DNA of 62,274 nt, filler included, from Basidiobolus ranarum (taxonomy: Eukaryota), in assembly GCA_040143965.1 (NCBI GenBank). It is 5 parts of 5 records of this genome, joined end to end, with 100 filler letters (N's around TTAATTAATTAA, not from the genome) between each part and the next. Parts side by side here need not be neighbours in the genome. Positions count along the whole stretch, not along the records: positions 49,913 to 62,274 come from JASJQH010007425.1; 4 more parts are not named here. One strand, written 5' to 3'. Below are positions 52,711-62,274 of this stretch, in pieces. The position numbers and the translations under genes were made by a program. The notes under the pieces were generated by a model. It was not told the DNA's origin. It did no database searches and saw only the letters and a program-made list of their open reading frames with translations. Every line of letters starts with the position of its first letter. The stretch's first letter is position 1.

Positions 52711-53941
52711 CTTTATATAGACTTCACTTTTTATTCGATTCTATTCATCAAATATCAAACAACCAAATATCGGTAAACCACCCAGTTTTTTTTCGAACTC
52801 ATAAATAAATGATCAATGTAGATGTTACTAGATTTTCGGACATTGTTGTTCCATAACCAAACCCCTACTGGATGCGTAATATATCTTGAGCTTTCCACTA
52901 GCTAAATCAATTTCATCAACAAATAAACCAACGCATGATGGACCAATGGGTGGAATGGAAAGAAACGCGGTTATTTGGTTATACTTTGAAGGTTGGGTAA
53001 GATTAGGTTTTACAAATGGTTGGGGGCTGACCATATAGATACCGGAGTATCAGAGGTAAAATTGACGTAATTAGTCTTTTACCGTAACTTTAAGAAAGAA
53101 TTATCGAATTGATCGATTACCTTTTCAAGCATTTCAGGTTCCGTTATATGTTTATTTTTAGAACTGTTAAAGGAAATGTTCGATCATTTCAGGGCATCAT
53201 TATTGGTGGAATATAAGGGGACTACTCTAAATAGCTAATGAATCCAGTATTTCCAAAATAAACGATTAAATTAAAAGGAAAATTAGAGTTTCCACGACGG
53301 CACAAATTATAAGCATCGCTATAAAACTATATCAATACTTGGTGATATGTTCATAAGGTCTAGATCTCCAGTAACCATATAAAGATCAAGAATAATATGT
53401 AATTGGTCACCTTGATCTGGTGGCTGCCTAATCTAACGTTATAGGTTACCAAAGTCTCTACGAGCTAGTTCGGATTTGCTTGTAGCACAACTTTTGGTGC
53501 TCGGGATGATACTATATTGCGCAGTGGAAGGATCTTCGTTTGTGCTAGTATATCATAAAACCACCAAACCGTACAGTTATATTGATGAAATATAGTATTA
53601 GGTGGCTTCAAGTTCTCTATCCTTTTCAAGCTGATAAAGGGTATTCTCCATTTTCCATTTACCATACTAGAGATTGTATCACATAAAGATTGATCAGGGC
53701 TAATTAAAGATTCCTGTGAAAAAAACCATTGTTGTCAAGAGTTAAATTCCTTTTTTTGATAAGTGGATCGAAACGGTTCTTATCAATGCTACCCCGCCTT
53801 TCCATTCGATGTTCACACCACCATTCAATGCTCGTATTTAGATGAACTTCGGCAATACTCTTTATCAACCAACGCCATTTTTTATTATATGTACAAGCGA
53901 TGCTCTACTTGATGTTATCTACATTAAGAATCAGGGTGATA

Positions 53942-54598
53942 TCAAGGATTCAATAGTGACTCAACAGAGAAGGGAGAGGTGGCTTTTGGCAGAGTTGCAG
54001 CGGGTAACCTCCATTGATCAGTTGAGATGAACATGTGATGATATGACTCGGTGAGTGGATAAACATTGGGTTTTAGTGCTAACTGGTTCTCAACTTCCGT
54101 TGGTGTAATCGGACTAGCTGGTTCTGAAGATATCCTCTTATCGTGTAAAGCCTCAGCTAGTGAATCATATGAACAAGTAGAACTGGGGGCTGGTCTGAAC
54201 TTTTTGTTCATACCTGAATCTAGGTTGAATTCTTCCATTTCATGTTTTAATGTGATTGTGGTGGTCTTTGAAAGGTCCAACTTCGATTCAATCACTTCAT
54301 TACAGGAAGGACTTTTACCATGAATTCTTTTATGTCTCAGTAATTCATCCGAGCGAGCGAAACTTTTCAAGCAACCATAGAAGTCACAATGGTATGGCTT
54401 TTCGCCGGTGTGTGTGCGAAGATGTCTGGTGCGATGTTCTAAACGATTAAAGGATTTGTCACACAGATTGCAGGCATAGGGACGTGGAGTCATAGTAGCA
54501 CTGGTGGCTATCGAGAATGTGTGAAAGTAAGGGTTCGGCATGGGGGATTTTTTGTCTCTATTGAGGAGACTTGTGATGTTTAATGGACCATTGCTCAT
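53942..54598 (-). CDS. C2H2 zinc-finger transcription factor, CreA/Mig1 family
   Basis: [56 protein letters not shown] matches the CreA/Mig1 finger pair. Intronless. ATG 54598 is preferred because a TATAAATA lies immediately upstream of the alternative ATG at 54640. Confidence 0.88.
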   Translation of the reverse strand: MSNGPLNITSLLNRDKKSPMPNPYFHTFSIATSATMTPRPYACNLCDKSFNRLEHRTRHLRTHTGEKPYHCDFYGCLKSFARSDELLRHKRIHGKSPSCNEVIESKLDLSKTTTITLKHEMEEFNLDSGMNKKFRPAPSSTCSYDSLAEALHDKRISSEPASPITPTEVENQLALKPNVYPLTESYHHMFISTDQWRLPAATLPKATSPFSVESLLNP

Positions 54599-55025
54599 TT
54601 TGAGTGTGTGGTAACAAATGATATCGAGGTACCTGATCATCGCCTATTTATAATGTTGGAACCTCTCAGGAACAACAAAAAACGAATGACCTAGAACTGG
54701 TGAACCTTGTTATGGCCCAATCGTAAAACGAATCTCCATTTTACCATTCGTAGACATCGCTATCACAATGGATTGGTTAGTGTGATTCTATAGAAAGACA
54801 TTAGGGTGGATTTAATAAAAAGGTGGATTTCAAATAATACTTTCTGTGATATAAAATTCTCATGTGGTCATATATCCATTATTAAGGGTGTCATGAGAAT
54901 TGCTGGCATCTAGAGCTATTGCCATTAATGCTTGATTAGTGAGAGCCACACGGTAAAAGTGAAGGCAGCCCTCGAAATGGGAGTTCATTTGCTTTGTTTT
55001 TTGTTTGCGTAGATTGGATGTAGTG

Positions 55026-55055
55026 ATCGGGTATCGGGTATAGGGTATCGGGTAT
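55026..55055. repeat. Short heptamer tandem repeat (ATCGGGT)x4
   Basis: atcgggt-atcgggt-atagggt-atcgggt-at. Confidence 0.7.
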
Positions 55056-55710
55056 TCAGCTAAGTGTTGCGAGTATAGAGTGTGGTGATCGAGTGTGGAA
55101 TTAGATATAACCTAATAAGACGATCAAGTTAACAAACAAAACCATAGGTTATCTATATGTTATTTAGAAGAAGAGGGATTTGGCCCAACCCAGCTTTGTT
55201 GCTTCATGTGTTGAACTGCCTAGATTAGGGTTTGGGTATACGGAAAACCCATATTGTTGTGGCACTTCTCGTTCGGCCAATAACAATACGGATCATGTTA
55301 TTCAGAAATAGGTCGCACCACTCTCCTAATTTCTTGAGTAGAATTTTGTAGAATGAGTTGATAGGTAATAATGATATGATAGGAGTGAGAGTATTTTATG
55401 ATATATGCATTTCAATGATCCAAATCATCTGATGTATACAACTTTAATGCTCTCCATAGATTACTTGCTTATCTTTCTCGTCAGAAACTTTTACATAATA
55501 CGAATATATAATTGTGGGGAAGTTTAATCTCCAATAAATTGAGGTACGTTCATTAGGACTATCCCATTCAAATTCATTGGTTAGTCACGTAGCACACCAG
55601 TCGTGAACGATAACGCAAGTCATATTTTTCCTTTAGTACGAAACAAAGCACTTGAATTTGTGGCTTATTTATAACTTGTGTAAACCTCCTTATATACTAA
55701 AGTACAAGTA

Positions 55711-57682
55711 ATGGTTTCCGAAAGTTCTGGTTCAGCTGATATTGCCGGTGAATACCACGAATACCTTAACCACACCGATGCTCTTTCTATAGCCAACATA
55801 TACACCGAAACCTTATCAAGTCCGGTAGCTGCCATTGTTGATGAGGTAAATGGTCTTTTCTGTGTGTATACCGTACTTTAGTATTTCTTTTCTGTGATAA
55901 ATACTCTCCCATGTAGTTTGTTCTTTTAGCTAAGTATATCAACTGAGAAATTTTCATGTTTTATATATACTGGAAGATGTTTGAAACGGGCTATTGTTGA
56001 CGAAGATTATGTACTGACGCCTCTTTGCTCATTATTGGTAGGAAACTAGAGACATTTCAGCTGCACTTGCCTCTGTTTCCTTCCCTGACTATAGTGGTAC
56101 CGATGACCCTCTTACTTTAGCATATAAAGAGTGTTGTCGTTCGGTCAATTTTCAAAATATAAGAGTATTTCCTGATGTTGTAGAGGATTCTCAAGACATA
56201 ACCAATGCATCCGAATCTGTAACCCGATCTGGTCTGGAAGAAGTTTTGAAAGAGATAGTCGAGGTAACAGCGCGCAAGAACCTTCCTATAGATGAAACTA
56301 CTGAAGGTGAAGCATCCAACCTTAATATCATTTTCCTGATTGTTTTTTCTCTTTCATATTCTTTTATTATACATACCTTTTAAGACACTCTCGTATTTGC
56401 TCTTTAGTCAGAATTTCTCTCTATTCCATATGATTACACTGGCTTAGAATTTTCCGATTTGGTGATAAAAATTAGTATCTTCTGAAGACGAGGAGTCAGA
56501 CCTAACTCCGCCAACTACTCAAAAGCAACCAGAAAAGTTTGGATTTATCACCTGGATCGCTAATATCAATACAAGTGTCAAGCATCTTATTGCGGGTGGA
56601 ATTGCTGGAGGAGTATCTAGAACCGTCGTCAGTCCTTTAGAAAGACTGAAAATCCTATTCCAGGTAAATATCTTCAAGTGAGTCTAGTGGAATACTGGTG
56701 TATTAAGTGTTTAACTAGGTCCAAGGCCCTGAGCCATCCAATTACAATGGTGTAGTACATACGTTAAGAAAGATATGGAGAGATGAAGGCTTTCTAGGGT
56801 ACATGAGAGGTAACGGGACCAACATCATTCGTATTGTACCTTATAGTGCAGCTCAATTCGCCGCATATGAGCAATTTAAGAAAGTAATGATGGAACTATT
56901 GTATACGAGGAATTCACTCATTCTCTTGGTTAATCTTGTTTCCTTTATATAGTTGTTAATGGAGAAAGGAAAGTCAGAGCTTGACACACCACGGAGATTG
57001 GCATCTGGAGCCCTCGCTGGAGTTACTTCAGTAGCTTGTACATATCCTCTAGATATTGTTCGTACTAGGTTAAGCGTACAAAGTGCCCTCGCACTACAAG
57101 AAGTTGAGGCAGAGGCCATAAAAGCAGGTAAAGCAGGTGGTAAACTGAACATACCAAAATTACCTGGTATATGGGAAACCATGAGATCTATTTACCAAGT
57201 AGAAGGTGGTGTGAGGGCGCTGTATCGCGGCTTAGGACCCACTCTAATGGTATTTTACAATTGTACAATTATCTGTTGTGATCATCGATATTGAGTCAGT
57301 CTCCACGTTGACTTAGGGAGTGGCGCCATATGTTGCATTGAATTTCCAAGCGTACGAAGTGCTAAGAAAATATTTCACACCAGCCGGTCGGGATTCACCA
57401 TCAGGAACTCGAAAGTTAGTATGTGGTGCTCTCGCTGGTTGTATAGCTCAGACCATCACGTATCCTTTAGATGTGCTAAGACGTCGTATGCAAGTTACTG
57501 GTATGGCCAACGTGAACTACAAATACCGGAATACATGGCATGCGTTGAACGAGGTGATACAAAAGGAAACCATTCGAGGTCTCTACAAGGGGATGATTCC
57601 GAACTATCTGAAGGTGGCACCAGCGATCGGTGTCAGTTTCTGGACCTACGAGCTTTGTAAAGATTTTATGGGAGCCAAGTAG
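55711..57682 (+). CDS. Mitochondrial carrier (SLC25; YPR011C/SLC25A42-like) with probable acidic N-terminal extension
   Basis: Three carrier repeats: HLIAGGIAGGVSRTVVSPLERLKILFQ, YPLDIVRTRL and YPLDVLRRRMQ; also RGNGTNIIRIVPYSA. Upstream exons 55711-55845 and 56042-56306 splice in phase to exon 56476 (5' exons less certain). Confidence 0.88.
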
Positions 57683-58016
57683 GAGAGTTAACCATTCCTT
57701 GTCCGCGTTCGCATTCACGTTCGCGTTCCTGTTCGTGATCAATAATCCGTGTTCAGTAGAATTGTTAGCAACCAAGTGAACAGATCAAAAGATATTTTTG
57801 TTTTTTCTTTCATCAAGTAATCTTCGCTGAAGTTGTGAATTAACATATTATTTAAGCTGATTAATATGGATATTAAAATGTGAATCAGTAATTTTATCCA
57901 CTACTTATTATCCACTTCCTCAATAATACGCTCATTATATGGCTTATATAGCGCTGGTTTTATTATAGAAATTAGAGAAATCCCAGGTAGTCGAAGGAGT
58001 TGATATAATATAGAGA

Positions 58017-59053
58017 CTATTGTAACCACGTGAGAAGTGGCCCCAACATAAATGGTATTACTACCGCCAACTTGGATAACTGATGAGCTTCAGAGACTAC
58101 GAAGCATAAATAACGAAGGTTAAAGAGAACGTCTTATCGATGGCAATAGAGATATATACACAAACTGACTTACCGATATTGAATGTTTGCTGTGGAAAGT
58201 TTGGTGAGCTTCGGGACAATTCGAACATTTCTCCTTCATACAAAGCAAAATCTCCAGGTATTATCGCAGCATTTCGTCCTCTATCACTAAATACAAATAG
58301 CCGATAGATACCCTCGGATGTTTCATGCGGAATTTTCCAAGAAAAATTGGTTAAATTGGCGGGAATATTGGTTGCCACAGGAATTCGTACGGAATCTTTC
58401 AAGGAAACCGCTTCGATGGTAAGTTTCTTCAGTGGAGCTTTTAGCCCAACGAAGTACCATGATATATTCATGTTGATTGGAATCGTAAATAGCTGTCCTA
58501 AATGGGGACTGGTGAAATGAATACTAGCAGGCAGATTTGCTCCACTGTTCACATTCCTTCCTTTGTCGTGGGGATTGGTTCTGTTGCCGTCCTGAGGCTT
58601 GACTTGAGAGGGTGTATCTTTCAGTGGGGGAGTTGGTGCCTCCAGTCCATCCTCTTCAACCTCTTCCCTTACCAGAAAATTCACGTTGTTTTGATTGGCA
58701 GATTCTGGAGCTTGAAATAGGTGTTAATATGTTTGCGTACAAGATTGCATAAACTATGTACCATTTTCTTCATTTCCCAGTATTTGTTCATTCAAGGTAT
58801 CCAAGTCCGATAATAAATCTTCTCGAGTGAGAGCGGGAACTGGAGTTTCCTGAGCAAATGCATCGTTGTCTAAGTTGGGGATTTCTATCTTGTCAAGAAT
58901 GTCCTCTTCAGTTTCGTTGAATATAAATGAAGTGGTGTCCATGTGAGTGTCTTCGGATTCGAGATTCTCACCCATAATAGACTCCTGTCCGAAGGTTGAC
59001 ACGAGGCCATGTAACAGTAAAAGCAAAGAACAGGTTTTAAGTGAGGGAGCCAT
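58017..59053 (-). CDS. Secreted, probably GPI-anchored protein with acidic N-region and Ig-like beta domain
   Basis: Signal peptide MAPSLKTCSLLLLLHGLVSTFG; beta domain SIHFTSP...NISW...NFSWKIP...GIYRLFVF; hydrophobic last exon VSEAHQLSKLAVVIPFMLGPLLTWLQ-TAG. Three exons. Confidence 0.75.
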
Positions 59054-59338
59054 CTTTATATGAGTATTGAAAAGCTCTGTGGCACTTCTTTATATAGTTG
59101 GCGACTTTTAATATCCGACTCTTTTATTGATAAAATCAATTCCCCTATATCGTTTCAGTTGAAGGTAAATTTTCTACTCGAACAAAGTTCCATCCTGGGC
59201 AATAGCAACAACAGAAATGACCAGTCGAAGTGCGACGTATATGGAATAGTAAATAAAGTGGTAAATAAGTAAAGGGAATTTTCGAGCGTAAGGTATATAG
59301 ACTGGGATGAGGTTGATGAATATGTGAAGGATTCGTTC

Positions 59339-60240
59339 TTAAAACCACCAAAAGCGAAGATATATCACGAATAGAAAAGCTAATATGACAATAGCTGGCA
59401 GTCCATATTTACGATATAATGCTTGAAGGTTGAGGTTTCTGGCATCCTTCTTGTATTTAAGCGACTCACCACGAAGCTGTTCCGACATAGAACTCATACC
59501 TAAAATAAACACTTGGTTAACAAAGTAGCCCTTGTATAAAATAAATATATCCGAAGACATACGATCCAAACTATCTCCACGCCAAAGTAGATCCTCCATG
59601 TTTTTGGTCATGATCTTGGTAACATCCTGGAGATCCTCATTCAATTTGGTAAGGTTATGTTGAGTGCGGGAGTCTTGGTATAAACGCTTGGTCTTTTGAA
59701 TAAATGTATCTAAATAAAGTAGTAGTCTGTTTAATAATTTGATCTGAAAAAAGTCATAAGGCATTCTTACCGAATTTGATAAAAGCATAAGGTCGTAGAT
59801 TGGGTTTGGTAAGCTCGTTACCGTAGCTGACGAAAAACTCCTCTGCAAGTTCATCCAAAAAACTAAAGGCAAGCTTTCTGGGGTACTTTTTATCACATAC
59901 ACACAGGTAACAAACATCGTTGGAAATGAGGTAACTTTTGGAAAAACGTTGAGTCAACAGAAAATATCAGAAGAAAATAACCCCCTGACTTACTGCATAA
60001 CATATTTGCCAGACTCAATGGAACATCTAGACTCTGAGTTGGGTGTAAGCTTCTTGAAGATTAGCTTCGCTTGGTTCTTATATTCAGCCAATTCAGTTTC
60101 TGACTACACAAGTTAGAGTCAAAATTAGACAGATGGAGCTATGAAGTATTATCAAGCAGTTACGGTACCTGCTCATCGTCCATGGAAGCAGCAAGGGGAA
60201 GGCCATCCCCAACTCTAGCGATGATTGTAGATAGAACCAT
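59339..60240 (-). CDS. SEC22: R-SNARE Sec22
   Basis: MVLSTIIARVGDGLPLAASMDDEQ, YKNQAKLIFKKL, CDKKYPRKLAFSFLDELAEEF, RPYAFIKFDTFIQKTKRLYQD, NMEDLLWRGDSLD, and C-terminal TM ending FWWF-TAA. Confidence 0.96.
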
Positions 60241-60835
60241 AATTAACAAAGTATCCGAAGAAACGTTCGAAATATTAAGACCAAAATAAATTAGTCAGTT
60301 ATGGATACTGCAGGTTACCAAGATACAAGCTCCTACTGACACGTAGTATCGACTCTACAATGGATGTGACTCCTGAGATCTTAAGTTTCTGCTCAAATTG
60401 GCTTATTTTGTGAAAGGGTGATTGGCTATTTAGTACGCCAAGTAGATTATTTTTCCTGCGGATTGAAAACATTAAACCTCAAGTTAATAGCCGCTTAATT
60501 AAAGTAGGAAAGTGACATGAACTGTTTACTAGTTTACTATAGTTGCAAGTATTTGAGATGAATTTGAGGTATTTACCATTATTAGAATAAAGATCTAAGC
60601 AATTTTTGTGTGTTTCATTCTATTTCCCAAACCTTTCTGAGATGTATAATCAATATATCAAACTCCGCTAAATATGTATTCTTCCACCGGAAGTTGTTTT
60701 TTTGATTCTTATACTTATTCCCGATTACTTCTCCAACAAAAAACTACTAAACATATCAACATTCTTTAGTATTTTGACTAAAAGAGCCCTTGTACTTTTC
60801 TTTTCAAAGATGGACTAGCAGTTCAGGAGATAGTT

Positions 60836-62274
60836 TGACAGATTTATGTCTAAGCACTTATATAGTTATATATAGCTTAGTATTTAGTTAACCTGTATTG
60901 AACTAAGAAATCACTCATTATTCTCAAGAGGAATTGACTTAGAAGTTCTCAGATACATATATAATCTTCAAACTTGTGCTAAAAGCCCCACATTTGCACA
61001 CATATTCTTGAAGGCTTCCTTAGCATATCCTACATGCTTGTTTGCTTACCTATTCACAAAACTATAAATGTTAGTTTTCAACTCAATCAATCAAAAGAAA
61101 AACCACCAATTCTTCTAGGTCTCCAAGCCACTTCCAACAGGCTCCCAAGTACTTTAACAGGTTATGAGCCCCAAGCTTGCACTCTGTAATATTTACTTCT
61201 CAGATTTATGGACCTTTTCCCTCATATGAAAGATTGAATGGGACCAAGTATCAAGTTTGGAAAGTTAAAATGAAAATGCTGCTGCAAGAAAAAGAGCTTT
61301 GGGACACTAACATAGGAGATAAAACAATACAAAACTATCTGAAACTGAAGTATTACTCCAGGTTAAAAAAGAATAAAGTACCTTTAATACAATTTGTCTT
61401 AATTTTAAAGACAAACTGCTAATTCAATGTTCAACAACCAAAACTGCCAAGAATGTATGGAAAGCCTTGAATGATACCTACCAAACATGTTCTGCTACCA
61501 GAATGATGTTTCTAAGAAGATAATTCTTAAACCCACAGATGAAGCCAGGAGAAGATATCAAATAACTAATTAATAGAGTTACTATTTTAGTGGATGATAT
61601 GAAATGCATTGGAGTATCTACTACTGATTGGGATATCTTGGTTACAGTTCTGAATAGCCTGTCATACAGGTTTCAGAGCTTAGTAATGGCTCTAGAATCA
61701 AGAACTGATAATTTGACCTTTAATTAGTTATTTGGCAGACTTCTGGATGAAGATTTATGCAAATTGGGATCTAACCAAAAGAATGAAGAAAATGCTTTAA
61801 TAGGCTATGGAAAACCTTTCTATAGAGATCAAATACACTTTGAGAAGAAAAGTAACCCAATCTGTGTTTGCTGTAAAAGAACATGAAATTTAATTAAAGT
61901 TTGCTTTCAGAGAATTGCAAAAGGAGAAAAACATACTGAATCTGGAAATGTGATTATAACAGAAGATCACTTGCTCACATCTGCTGCATCAATGACTACC
62001 AAGAAGGATTTGCAGACATGCTATATTGATTCTGGAGCTTCCCAACTTTTCACAAATGAAAAACATTGGTGTGTGGATTATGAAAAAATCACAATTGAAA
62101 AGTTCTTATGGGAGATGACAGTATATTGGATGCCATTGGAATGGGAACAATTCAAGTCAATATATGTTGGAGGATCTTGACATAATGGGGGTAGACTTTG
62201 AGTATTTAGAAGCAACTTATGATAGTGTGTTTTAGTTAGTTTATTCTTAAGAGTATATGGTGACTTATATAGTA
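60836..62274 (+). mobile_element. Degenerate Ty1/Copia LTR retrotransposon, 5' part (LTR, PBS, gag, protease)
   Basis: LTR at about 60836-61159 ending TTTAACA; PBS GGTTATGAGCCC at 61160-61171; gag ERLNGTKYQVWKVKMKMLLQEKELWD and TAKNVWKAL; decayed zinc knuckle CVCCKRT*NLIKVC; protease YIDSGAS. Stops and frameshifts present; no CpG seen. Confidence 0.92.

Noticed and set aside
55026-55055. (ATCGGGT)x4 as a telomeric repeat
   Set aside because: Four units, internal to a contig, and not TTAGGG-like enough; treated as a microsatellite.

Overview
Eukaryotic, intron-rich (mostly 45-80 nt GT-AG introns), AT-rich fungal DNA. The gene set and style suggest an early-diverging fungus (inference). The window is not one locus. 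It is five contigs of 12388, 12386, 12372, 12366 and 12362 bp, ordered by decreasing length and joined by artificial 100-nt spacers (N44-TTAATTAATTAA-N44), so adjacency across spacers means nothing. Contig 1: RAD54 (with an in-frame TAA in a conserved motif), POP1, TEL2 and a partial secreted P/Y/Q-rich protein. Contig 2: a 3.5-kb CpG-free island holding a decayed SNF2-ATPase ORF between two hairpin-rich direct repeats, an alpha-arrestin, a Pif1-family helicase fused to an RNase H1-type RNA:DNA hybrid-binding domain, and a partial trypsin. Contig 3: a small two-repeat protein, tandem Copia LTRs and a Sec7-PH ARF-GEF. Contig 4: a subtilisin, TAD3, a small membrane protein, an ERI1-type DEDDh exonuclease with two RRMs, a MARVEL-like protein and three sulfotransferase-like paralogs. 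Contig 5: MEX67, a CreA/Mig1-type zinc finger, a mitochondrial carrier, a GPI-like protein, SEC22 and the 5' end of a decayed Copia element. The best novelty candidates are the HBD-Pif1 fusion, the catalytically intact exonuclease-2xRRM protein and the SNF2-carrying CpG-depleted repeat unit. All exon structures were derived by hand; no database searches were run.
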